A stretch of 64,000 nucleotides of DNA from the human T2T-CHM13v2.0 reference genome, Homo sapiens. The position numbers and the translations under genes are program-made. Each line of letters begins with the position of its first letter. The stretch's first letter is position 1. Positions 1 to 12,950 of this stretch are shown piece after piece. Location of the stretch: assembly GCF_009914755.1 (NCBI RefSeq), contig NC_060940.1. One strand, written 5' to 3'. The notes beneath the pieces are model-generated. The model saw only the letters and a list, made by a program, of their open reading frames with translations, ran no database searches and was not told the origin of the DNA.

Positions 1-117
1 TTTCTGCAGAAAGTAAAATTTCCTTGCTAAAAAAACCTTTTTGTCTAAATGCTAATTTTTCCTTACATGACCGAAAAACAAGCATTCTGTTTCTAAATAA
101 ACGTCTTACCTATAACA
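1..117 (+). mobile_element. 3' end of an ERV1-type LTR (cut by the window edge)
   Basis: aacaagcattctgtttctaaataaac...tataaca: AATAAA plus a terminal CA typical of MER4-group LTRs. Confidence 0.55.
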
Positions 118-1185
118 TATACCATTACAAAATTACAAATATCCTTTCGAACATCTGTAAATTTATGTGCTCATGATATTAAAATTTATATTTTTATCTG
201 AAAATAGTTATAATTCAGTGAGACACAAGAACAAAATTATGAGAGAGTTATCTACATCATTGAGAAAATCCTCCTGCCACTACCAACGTAAGTCGTGATC
301 ACTCACTTTTACTAAAGCTGAGAAACATCCATTTGCCCAGCGGAGTCCTGGAGTGAGTCTGTGTGTGTGGATGGTGGTCCCTGAGACTTGGTTATAAAGA
401 AGGGATACTGTCAGCTCGTCTCCCTCCAGGCCCATAACTGTCATGTCACCTGTAGAAGCAGGACAGCCCTGGCCTCGAGATTATTGGAAAGGGGAGCAAC
501 AAAAGGAAAAACTGAACACATTTAATTCCTGGAAAAGATCAGTGTAGGACAGATGGGTTTCAAACTTTAACGTGTGCAAGCTTGTTTTCTTAGGTAATTT
601 TGCCCAGGAGGGTTGTCTGGTCTCAGTTATTGCCAATAAAGTAGAAGCAATAACTATAGTTTCAAACTTTGTTTAATTTCTGTGTTGCTTTACCAAACAT
701 CCTTGCTAACTGAAGAAATTTCTGGGGGCCTTCACACATGGTCCCCAGTTGTCCCTACGTTTCAATATTACAGGTAGTCTATGTAAAACTTTTTTGGGAA
801 TGAAGAAAATGCCCCCTGCACCAGGCTTACATAGCGCTTACAGTGAAGTTGTTTCTACTTACAGGGATGTTTAACTACACAGTCAGCATGAGAGCATGTG
901 GAATAAAATGATTAACACATTCTTAGCAACTGACAACTTTTATTTGCTTCTGAGACACCACCAACCACACCTATGTTATAACTAGTGCTAACTTTAACCT
1001 TGATCATGATTGCCACATTTGGAGTTACACTTTCTTAATCAAACATCATCTGATACTGAAGTGGTGACTTCTCACGCACTTAATCTATAGATTTTCCCCC
1101 AAGGCACCAGTTCTGAATATGTTTGAGTTCATGCTGGTGTACCTCTCATGTGCCATATCTGAGGCTCTAACAAATAAACTCTCCA

Positions 1186-1491
1186 GGCCGGGCACGGTGG
1201 CTCATGCCTGCAATCCCAGCCCTTTGGGAGGCCAAGGCAGGCGGATCACTTCAGGTCAGGAGTTTGAGACCAGCTGGCCAATACGGTGAAACCCCGTCTC
1301 TACTAAAAACACGGAAATTAGCCAGGCATCGTGGCAGGCACCTGGAATCCCAGCTATTCAGGAAGCTGAGGCAGAAGAATCACTCAAACCCAGGAGGCAG
1401 AGGTTGCAGTGAGCTGAGATCGGGCCACTGCACTCTAGGCTGGGCAACAGAGCGAGATTCTGTCTCAAAAATTAAAATAAAATAAAATACA
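1186..1491 (+). mobile_element. AluS with target-site duplication
   Basis: ggccgggcacggtggctcatgcc... and A-rich tail. TSD aaataaactctcca (1172-1185) / aaataaactttcca (1492-1505). Confidence 0.95.
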
Positions 1492-2959
1492 AAATAAACT
1501 TTCCATTCAGCTGCAGTCAGGACCACTTGATCCCCAGACTTCTACTGTCTTCAGTGACAATTCTCCCTGTCATCTTAAACCCAGCTGCCATCACTATGAC
1601 GTTGGTGCTCAATCCAGTCAGTGTCCTTAGGTCTTGATTTATTTTCCTTCTCTGAAGCTTTTCAATTACTTCTTTATAAATTATTTTGTCTGATGCTCAC
1701 AGAAAAAGCCTGCCTAATAAGAACCCTATACCCACAAAAACTAGCTATTAAAAATGAAGGTTAAATAAAAACATTTTATGTAAATAAAAACTGATACAAT
1801 TTGTTGCTAGCCAACTGACCTTATGAAAAAATGGCAAAAGAAGTTTTTCAGGCTGAAAGCAAGTAAATCCAGACAATAATTTGAATGCATAAGAAAGACA
1901 AAGCACACACTAGCAAAACTAATTACATAATTATAAGACAGTGTAAGTGAATTTATTTATTTATTTATTTATTTGCACATGAATAAATTCTTTAGTGGCG
2001 ATTTCTGAGATTTTGGTGCACCCATCTCCCAGGGGCCTAATAACAGCTCCAGAAGGCCTGCCATCACTGGTGCCCTAGCATGAGCTCCAGAGGTCTGGGA
2101 CTTCCCCTGCCCTGCCCACAGCCTATGCTCATGTGCATCACTAGGAGGACTTGAGAACAGGCCCACCTCACCTGCCTCTCTCCCACCCTTAGTGGTCAAA
2201 TATTCCACTTGTGGACCTGAGGACAGCATTGTACAGGTGGTAGCCTCTGGCATGAGTCCACCAGGGTCCTAAAAACAGGCCAAGAAAATGTGCAGCCAGC
2301 ACTCAAGCATGCTGTCTAAAGGTCTAGGAATCTCCCATGCCATCCACCACTGCTGTCATCTGGGTACTCTTGGGGTCCTAAGGATGGGCCCACCCAGACA
2401 ACCACCAGCATCCACACTCATGTGTCACCTAAGGCTCTAGGGACTGTCTGATTCAGCCCATTGCAGCCACCACAAACACTGTGAGTGCTGCCTGGAAGCC
2501 TGAAGTTGCCTCAACCCCACTACTCTCCTCATCCACACGGTACACACTGCTCAGAGGCCTGAGGACTTGCCCCATTTCCTAGCCCACTGCTGTTACTACA
2601 GACATCAGAGCAAGCCTCCTGAAGGCCTGAGAATCAACAGGCTTAGGCACACTAACACCAGTGCCCACATACACTACCCAGCAGCCCAAGGACAGACACC
2701 CTCAACCCTTTACTGCTGCCACTGTCACCATGGGGGCTGAAGGACTGGCCTATCTGGTGTTCCATTCCTACCAAAACCTCACCACAGCCTCAACTAGCAA
2801 ACACAGCCTAAGCAAGGTTATACCTCATAATGAAGGAGAAATAAAGACGTTCCCAGACAAGCAAAAACTGAAGAAATTCATCACCACTAGACAAGCCCTG
2901 GAAGATTACCTAGACAGAAAATCAATAATGAAACATCAGATTTAAACTGTACTTTAGAC

Positions 2960-3287
2960 CAGGGGTCCCCAACCGTCGGGTCACAGACCAATACCCACCC
3001 CTGGCTTGTTAGGAACCAGGAAGCTCAGCAGGAGGTGAGTGGCAGGTGAGCCAGTGAAGCTGAGCTCTACCTCCTGTCAGATCAGCAGCAGCATTAGATT
3101 GTCATAGGAGCTCAAACCCTATTGTGAACTGCACATGCCAGTGATCCAGGCTGTATGCTCCTTATGAGAATCTAATGATAAATGTAATGCACTTAAATTA
3201 TCCTGAAATCATCCCCCTCCCCTAGTCCTAGGAAAAATTGTCTTCCACGAAACCAGTTCCTGGTGCCAAAAAGGTTAGGCACCGTTG
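2960..3287 (+). mobile_element. MER1 (hAT-Charlie) DNA transposon, probably an internally deleted MER1A
   Basis: Termini caggggtccccaacc ... ggttaggcaccgttg. Perfect 8-bp TSD ctttagac at 2952-2959 and 3288-3295. Confidence 0.9.
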
Positions 3288-3786
3288 CTTTAGACCAAAG
3301 GAACCTAACAGACATCTGCAGAACACTTGATCCAATGACTGCAAAACATACATTCTTCTCAGAAGCACATGGAACAGTCTTCAGGATAGACCCTCTGTTA
3401 GGCCAGAAAACGAGTCTTAACAAATGTTTAAAAATTGAAATCATATCAAGTATTTTCTCATACTACAGTGAAATAAAGCCAAAAATCAGTAGCAAAAGGA
3501 ACTTTGAAAACTGTACAAATACATGAAAATTAAATGACATGCTCCAGAACAACCATTGGGTTAATACAGAAATCCAAACAAATATTTAAAAAATGAAGAT
3601 GAAAACACAATATTTTGGAAACTATGAAATGCAGCAAAAGCAGTGTTGAGGGAAGTTTACAGCAGTAAATACCTACATCAAAAAAGTAGAAATATTTACA
3701 GTAAACAACCTAATGATACACCTCAAGAAACCAAAAAAGCAAGAACAAACTAAGCTCAACATAAGCATAAGGAATAATAAAAATCA

Positions 3787-4140
<354 letters not shown>

Positions 4141-6464
4141 TTAAAAAAATACAAAGGGCCAATGAAATAAAACTTTTTTTGAAAACATGAAACAACATTC
4201 ATAAACCACTAGCTAGACAAAAAATAGAGAAAAGACCCAAATAAACAATATCAGAAATGAAAAAGCAGACATTTCAACTGATACTGCAGAAAGAAGTATG
4301 AAAGATAATCAGAGACTCCTAAGAACAATTGCATGATAACAAACTGGAAAAATTAGAGAAAATATCTAAATTCCTGGACACATACAAACTATCACTATTG
4401 AATCAGGGAGAAATAGAAGACCCAAACAAACCAATAATGAGAAATGAGATTGATACAGTAATAAAATGTCTCTCTGCAAATAAAAGCTTGGGGCTTGATA
4501 ACTTGACAGCTGAATTCTACCAAACTTATAAAGAAGAACTAATATCAATTTTTCTCAAAGTATTCAAAAAATAGAAGGGGGGGAATTCTTTGTAACTCAT
4601 TCTATGAAGCAAGCATTACCCTGATATGAAAACAATACAAGGATACAATGAAAACAGAAAGCTACAGTTTAATATGATGAATAAAGATGTTAAAATCTTC
4701 AACAAAATACTAGCAAACTGAATGCAACAGCACATCAAAAAGATAACATGCCACAATCAAGTAGGATTTATCCCAGGGATGGAAGGATGGATTTCCACAC
4801 ACAAACCCATAAACACAATACATCACATTAACAGAATGAAATACAAAAACCATACAATCATCTCAATAGATGCAGAAAGAGCATTTGACAAAATTTAACA
4901 TCTTTTCATGATAGAAACGCTCAACAAACTAGGCCTACAGGAACATACCTCAACTTAATAAAGGCCATATATGACAAATCCACAGGTAACATTATACTAA
5001 ATAAGGAAAAGCTTAAATCTTTTCTGCTAGGGACTAGAACTAAACAACGATGTTCATTTTCACTATTTCTATTCAACAAAGTACTGGAAGTCCTAGCCGA
5101 AGTAATCAGGCAAGAGAAAGAAATAAAAGGCATCTAAATAGGAAAAGTGAAAGTTTAATTGTTGCTTTGTGCAAATGACATGATCTTATATTTAGAAGAA
5201 CATAAAGATGCCACCAAAAAACTATTAGATTTGATAAATATGATCAGCAAAGTTGCAGGACACAAAATCAACATACAGAAATCAGGAGCATTTCTACATA
5301 ATAAGTAAGTGGCTGAAACAGAAGTCAAGGAAGCCATCTCATTTACAATAGCTACAAAATATTAAAATACCTAGTAATAAATTTAGCTGTGGTGGTGAAA
5401 GACTTCTACAAGGAGAACTAAAAAACACTGATGTAAGATACTGAAGAGTACATAAAAAAATGAAAGGACATTGCATGCCCATAGATTCCATGCCCATAAT
5501 TTTTTTGTCTAGCTAGTGGTTTAGCCCATAGATCAGAAGAATTAATATTGTTAAAATGACCAAAGCAGTCTACAGATTCAATGCAATCACTATCAAAATG
5601 CCAACTTTTTCACACACAAAAGAAGTCTAAAATGTGTATGGAACCAACAAAGAGCCTGGAGTCAAAGCAATCCTGAGCAAAAGAACAAAGCTGAAGACAT
5701 TGTACCACCTGACTTCAAAATATCATACAAGGTCAGAGCAACCCCAAAAGCATAGTGTTGGTATAAAAATAGACACAGAGACCAATAGAGCAGAATAGAG
5801 AATTCAGAAAAAAACCACATATTTACAGGTAACTGACTTTCAACAATGGCACTAAGAACATACGTTGGGAGAAGGATACCCTCTTCAATAAATGGTATTG
5901 AAAAAACTGGATAGCTATATGCATAAGCTATTCAATTCATTTGAAGCTAGACTTCTATCAGTATATATATATATATATATATATATCAGTATATATATAT
6001 ACTGATAGAAGTCTAGCTTCAAATATATATATTTATATATATATATCTCAACTCAAAAAATATATATGATATATGATATATATATCATCTCAAAATAAAA
6101 GATTGAAACACAAACCCATAACTATAACACTACTAGAATAAAACATAAGAGAAACCCTCCTGAACATTGATCTAGCCAGATATTTTATGGCTAAGACCAC
6201 AAAATCACAAGCAACAAACAAATACTAGAAAATGGGACCATATTGAACTACAGAGCTTCTGCACAGCAAAGGAAGCAATCAACAGTGATGAGACAATTTG
6301 TTGAATGGGAGAAAATATTTGCAAATTATTCATGTGACACTATCAGTTATATAACTAAAAGATAGGAAAACCTATGTGTACACAAAGGCTCCCTGCAGCA
6401 CTATTCATGATAGCTGAATGGGTAAACAACCGAAATATCAACCAGTGAGAATAAGGAAAAACAA

Positions 6465-7845
6465 TACACCATGGAACACTACATAGCCGTAAAAAAGAAT
6501 GAGTTCATGTCCTTTGCAGGGACATAGATGAAGCTGGAAACCATCATCCTCAGCAAACTAACACAGGAACAGAAAACCAAACACCGTATGTTCTCACTCA
6601 TAAGTGGGAATTGAGCAATGAGAACTCATGGACACAGGGAGGGGAACATCACACACCAGGGCCTGTCAGGGGGTTGGGGGCAAGAATAGGGAAAGCGTTA
6701 GAATAAATACTGTGGGAGGCAAGCCACCCAGGTGCCAAGGCAGGAGACCGAAGGCACAAGTTGTTCCAGTATAATAAAGAAAATAATTAGAATAAGAATA
6801 GTTATATTAGAAATAGAATATAGACATGATTATATATGAATATTATTAATCATTAGTTTGTAGCATTACTCTTTTATTAATAACTTCTGTCCTACAATTA
6901 TAACTTAGAAAAACCAGTCCATACAGAGTCAGGAGCTGAAGGGACATGATGAGAAGTGACCAGAAGGCGAGTGTGAGCCCTCTGTCACGCCTGCACAGGG
7001 CCACTAGAGGGCTCCTTGGTCTAGCGGTAACGCCAGTACCTGAGAAAGCACCTGTTACTTAGCAGACCTTGGTCTAGCGGTAGCGCCAGTGCCTGGGAAG
7101 GCAGGCAAACTTTACTTAGCAGACCGGGAAAGGGAGTCTCCCTTTCCCTGGGGGATTTAGAGAACACTCTGCTATACCACCTCTTGTGGAAGGCCTGACA
7201 GCAGTCAGGCCCTCCCGCAGCCATACGAAGGCCTAAACATCTCCCTGTGATGCTGTGCTTTAGCGGTCACGCTCCTGGTCCACTTTCATGTTCCGCTCTG
7301 TACACACGGCTCTGCCTTTTAGATAGCAGTAGCAGAATTAGTGAAAATATTAAAGTCTTTCCAAGAAATGCATAGAAGAAATAATGACATAAGCTGTCCC
7401 CTCTCTCTCTCCACCTTGGCTACCAAATAGGGAAGGGCCCCCTGTCTGGTGAACACATGACTCGCATGACCTTACCTATCATAGGGGATGACTCACACTT
7501 CTAACCCTGCCCCCTTTCCTTGTATACAATAAATAGCAGCGCGGCCAGGCATTCGGGGCCACTACTGGTCTCTGCGTCTTGGTGATAGTGCTCCCCCGGG
7601 CCCAGCTGTCTTTTCTTCTATTTCTTTGTCTCATATCTTTATTTCTGTGATCTCTTGTCTCCACACACAAAGAGAAAACTCACAGGTCCTGTAGGGCTGG
7701 ACCCTACAAAATACATAATGCATGCAGGGCTTAAAACCTAGATGACGGGTGGATAGGTGCAGCCAACCACCATGGCACATGTATGCCTATGTAACAAACC
7801 TGCACACTCTGCACATGTATCCCAGAACTTAAAGTAAAATAAAAA
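6465..7845 (+). mobile_element. L1PA 3' end (5'-truncated), split by LTR13
   Basis: tacaccatggaa..gagttcatgtcctttgcagggac...aaatac | LTR | aaatacataatgcatg...gtatcccagaacttaaagtaaaataaaaa. Confidence 0.88.
6711..7708 (+). mobile_element. Solo LTR13-family (ERVK class) LTR, 998 bp
   Basis: TG...CA termini (tgtgggaggcaagccacccagg ... ggaccctaca), 6-bp TSD aaatac (6705-6710 / 7709-7714), AATAAA at ~7528. Confidence 0.88.
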
Positions 7846-9046
7846 CCATACATATATATGTTTTTACAATGAAATATATTCAGCAATCAAAACTGAGGCA
7901 CGTAATGACACATGGTACAAGAGGAGTAAACTTTTCAAAAAGCTAAGAAGAAAGCAGAAGCCGGAGACCTTATACTGTAGAATTCCAATCATAAGACATG
8001 TCCAGAAAAGGCAAATCTCTAGAGACAGAATATAAACTAATGGTGTCTAGGGCTGGAAGAAAATGAAGAGTGACTACAAATAGCACAAAGTCTTTTTAGA
8101 GATGAACAAAAATAAATTCGACTGAGATTATAATTGCATAACTCAGCAAATACACTATGAGGCATGCAATATATACTTAAAATATGACATTGTGGCTCAT
8201 CAGGCTGTGTTCTGAGCACAGGACTCCAGCGAGGTGCCTAAAGTCCCATAAATATATTCCAGGAGTCCAGAGAGCAGTGGCTGTTTTATTTATAGTATTT
8301 TTGAGTATAGCATTTTTAGTGTGTGATCAAGATATTACGTTATATACAGAAATTATCATAGTTGAAAATCTTACCATTTTTCCTTAAAGCATCAAATACA
8401 ATTTATAAAACACAAAAGGGAAAGAAAGCCTATGGTGCTGTCTGCATTTCATCCTGGCATAGGTGAAACTCTAGCCTCTCATTTGGCTTTTGGTGGCATA
8501 CGTGGGCAGGCAGCCATGGTTTTTCAGTGGTTTTGGCTGTAGTAGGGCAGTCACTGGATAAAAGTTTTCTGGTTTTATTTTTTTGCCTTTGCCTATTGGT
8601 GTATCTGAGTTGCCAGTTTCTTTAGCTCCAAGACTACAGTATATGGGCAAAGAAACCCGTGTTTCACCCCACTCTGTTATCACATCTTTCTTCGGTTCAC
8701 GAACAGTATGCTTGCTTTCTTCCACCTTTTAGAGCTTTCTCCATTTGGTTTCATGTATAATGTCCAGGGATTTTAGTTGTACTTATTGGGAAGAATAGAG
8801 ACATGTATGTCTAGTCTGTCTTCCCCAGAACTGAAATGCTTGGTTGTGAATGGATTAAACTGAGCTATCTCTAATTTGCCCATTATCCAAGCAGAAATAT
8901 CAAGTTACTGATATTAGTTCCCATCTGAGGCTCTACTCCAGGTGGTGGCATCCCTTCCTGGGCACTGGGGCCTTGGCTGAGGCAGCAGGGAGAGATGCTG
9001 CCACTCAGGTCTTCAGCTCCCCTCTAGCATAGTGATGTCACTACCT

Positions 9047-9690
9047 GTGGTGGGGAATATGATTAACAACAAAGTCTCTTGCCAACTCAGGAAATCTCTC
9101 CGGAAAGATAGAAGAGAAAGAAAACAGTTTCATTGAAGAATCATTAAACGGCATTGTGATGCACAAAACAGATAATAACCTAGCACATTGCAAGAAAGAA
9201 GGAAATCTCACCCTTGTGCATAGCCAGGCAGCTACAACCAGTGCATGCGTGTTCCCGAGATAAACAGTAACCAGTCCTCAAGGAAGGGACTTGACAGCAC
9301 TGTTTTTACATGTCCCTCAAGGGTACCCACTGTGTTCACTAATCACATTTATGACAAGAAAAGACCAGTGTCTCATAGTTTATGGCAGGAGTAGGTTAGT
9401 AAGTTAGAGCCAGGCACTGGCGGAAGCTGGGCTCCTACCCTCTCATGGGAACTTGCTCCCTTAATGATTCCATTTTAGAGAGATGGCTCCCAGGCCCTTG
9501 AGAAAGACAGTCCTGGTTGGAAGTTGGTAAGCGGCTTACTTAACTTTTGGAGACTTCCATACGTCACAAGGGGACAGAGAAGAAACTCATAGGGACAAGT
9601 TTTCTTTTAAAAATGCTCTGAAAGAAAAAGGCAGGGTTCCTTTTTCCTCTTTCACTGGGACAAATTTGTTTAATTGGTGATTACCCTTGT
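9047..9690 (-). mobile_element. Diverged ERV1-type LTR (subfamily uncertain)
   Basis: Overall resemblance to MER4-group LTRs in reverse orientation. Not firmly assigned. Confidence 0.45.
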
Positions 9691-10979
9691 ATCTGCCAAT
9701 GGTTCAGTGACCCCCCATCTTCTACTCTCCAGTCTTACCTCAGTTCAGCCACTCCCTCCTGCTCTCTGGTACTCAGCCCTGTGCCTTCCAGCCACCTTTC
9801 TCCTTATATCATCAATCCTGTTTCCTAAACTCAGGGATTTCCATGCTCTGTCGGGATCCTGCCTCACTGCACTGCCTCCTGGACGCTCTCTGCAGGCTCT
9901 GAGTTGGGGCAGCCAGGGGGTCCCCTCCCTTGGATTCAGCCTCCAGGCCACTGTCCTGTGCCCCTATCAGATACTTTCTAGCATCTGGACACATTTAGGT
10001 CACATAGTGGATCTGGCTTTCTACTTGTTTGATGCTGGAGGGAGTCTGGATCTTGTTCTTTCACATACATAGAAGGCAAAGCTCAAAACTGATTTTGAAA
10101 TTCTTTGTTATTAATTTTGGACTGAGATAAATTCTCTATTACTTTATAGTGACACATATATCGTAGCTCAAAGTTTAGTAGTTAGAATTTTAGATTATTA
10201 TTTTCAGTACTGTGATTTCCCGTATTTAATCAACTTATCGGAAAGGCATGATAAAGAGATTATCTCATGTTTGAATACCCTTTTCTTTAATTTTTGGATT
10301 AGCTCTCTTCCCCCACCAACTCGCAATCTTTCTGCTCTAACCACAGGCACTTTTGGCAGCCATGAATTCTTATTCTGGGCAACAGGAGTGGCTCCACAGA
10401 TGATGAGTCTATGGCCTGTTATACATGGAGCTCTTGCAAGCAAGTCCTGGTGACCACAAGGTGACCCAAGGCCCCTTCTCAGGCCAGATCGCTATGCCTG
10501 AAACAAAGGAAGAACCCTTCAGGGGAAGGAATATTTAGCCTGAAAATTCTTTTGTTCACTCACTTTTCAGGTGTCTTTATCCATTATTGAGCATCATAAA
10601 TATCCAGATGCACAGATGCTTCCTGATATGTCCATGAGTTTAAAGATTGGACATTACTTCGCCCAGCAATCCTCGTTTTCAAACTTGCCAAGTAAGGTTT
10701 TATCATCTCCCACCAACAGAAACAAGGTCATGCTTAGGCCTTGGTGGCATAGAGGGAGGGTCTCTGAAAGTCACTCAAATATACACTCTGAGTAGTTTCA
10801 AGGTGTATTCACTTTTCTCTGTCCCTTGTAGGCCAGTCCTTGGAGAGACTAGGAAATCCAGAGTTTCCTACAAGAATGGGGATTCCTTGGAAGAGAGTTT
10901 CACCTTGAATCAAGAAAGAGGAATCACATACTTTCAAAGGAAATTTCTCATGATCTCAAGATCTCAAGAACCAGGGGCA

Positions 10980-12950
10980 GAAGGAAAAGCTGGGCTGACA
11001 CAATGGTGGTGGTCCTGTCTCCATTCAAAAAGCTACCACTGCCTCTAGACCCTCTCAGGATGGCAACATTTCCTGATTCCAATCCTAAAATAGGCAAAGT
11101 TGGGAGGATGCAAACTTCTCCATTCTGTGTCAGACATGTCTTAGGGAAAACCCAAATATGAATAACCAAAGAAAAGTATGAGAAAAAAATTGAAAATCTA
11201 TTCTAGGCTATTCACAGTGTTTTGCTGGTATCCTGGGATCCACATGCATTTCAAGAAGACTGAAGTGTGCCAGGCCTGCAGGACAATGAAGAGTGAATGT
11301 CTTAGTCCTAGACTATGGCCTGTCCATTCAGGTTCATGATACAGAATTGTCTTTAAAAGATGACTTGCCAGAGTCAGACATCAATGAAGAGTACTACATG
11401 CAGAATATAGACAAGCAATTGTGGACTCTGATGGAACATGGTAAGTTGGCCTGCTGGAGAGAGTCACATATACCAGTGACATGCTGCTCAAACTGGCGCA
11501 GACCACATGCTACTACCAAAGGAATACGCACATTTGCTCCTTCTGAGTGAAAGGAGAATGTGAGGGAGAAGAGGAGGGTCCATACAGACATGAGAAGCCT
11601 ACAGATCCAGACGATCCCCTTGCTGATAAGAATATTAAAGACTGAATCCAATATTATGGAATCAATGACCCCGGAGCAGATAAGCCTCTAAAGCAGGCTT
11701 CACCATACCTTGTCTGGATCCACCAGAGGACAAGGTTATCACCACACTCTGTGTTGGTGATCTCGGTGATGCCATTACTGAGACAGATCTAAATAATCAT
11801 TTCTAATTATTTGACGATCTGAATGATCACTGTTGTGCAGACAGTAGAGTGCTTTCCATCCAGGTTTCCACAGGGCAGGCTGCAGAAGTGGCTGCTGAGA
11901 AATCCTTTAATAAGTTGATTGTCAAGGGCTGCAGACTCGGTAGAAAACGGAGAGGATCCCAAGCAGCCAGAGGGAAAGAAAAAGGACAGAACCACAGGTT
12001 GGGATCCAGCTAACGCCTATTCCAGCACTGCCAGGAACAGGAACTCTTCCTCCTCCTGCAGCAGCAGCAGCAGATGTATCTGCCAACCACAGCAACATAC
12101 CCCCACGTGCTCCTCCAGCTGTGGTGAGCATTGCCTGGCCACCAGCCCCTGGCATGTCCTGCTGCTCCCCCCAGGATTTCAGCCACCCATGTTCCATCCA
12201 ATGGGACCATTGCCTTCCTTTTGAGAGGACTCTAGGATCAATCCATTGTGTTGGATCCTGTGTTGGACTCCAGGATCAATCCATCTCAGGACCCCCAGAG
12301 GATGGGAGCTTGTTCTGGAAATCACAGCAGCCCCTGTCATATTTTCACCACCCTGTGGTTCTATGGAAGAAGCATCACTTTAAAATCTCAATTAATGAAC
12401 ATTGGAGGAAATATTTTTTTCTTTCTTTGTGGTTCCCAGTGCACCTGAATGTGGTCACATATGGGCATGCTTTTTCATATGGATTCAAAGGATCAATGGA
12501 GCTCAAATAAGCTGTCATTAAAACATCTGTTTACTATGACTGTAACATGACTAATAAAACCTACTGCCTGTTCCTCTCACCTCTATGGGGGATGAGTGGC
12601 TGAGTGAGTTACAGAATGTCCAATGGAGTTAGCAGTCCAATCATATAATCATTTTGTCTCTTTTTATGACTGTGGAAATAGACCTGAGGGGAAAAAAAAC
12701 CTTTTGAACATGTTTGTGTCCATGGGGTATTTTCCATTTTATTACCTTAAAAAAGGATCACTGGTACTAATTGTTGTAGTGGTGTGTGTGATTTAACTCT
12801 TGTGAAGCCACACCCTCAGAAAAACAGGTAGAAACCACTTCCCATCACAGCCCAGATCTTTTCTTTCCTGTCTTTTCCTCATGTATGACCAAAGAAATCT
12901 GAGTAGTAGTTTTACTTCCATATACACCAAAAAAAAAAAAAAAAAAAAGA
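10980..12950 (+). pseudogene. Processed pseudogene of RBM22 (pre-mRNA splicing factor); CDS remnant ~11060-12336
   Basis: Intronless, frameshifted match across the whole protein: ATG at 11060, [84 protein letters not shown]-run at ~12929-12948. UTR limits are approximate. Confidence 0.92.

Noticed and set aside
120-1170. Unique-looking sequence checked for a vomeronasal-receptor or other pseudogene
   Set aside because: I could not recognise any protein homology by eye. BLASTX would be needed.
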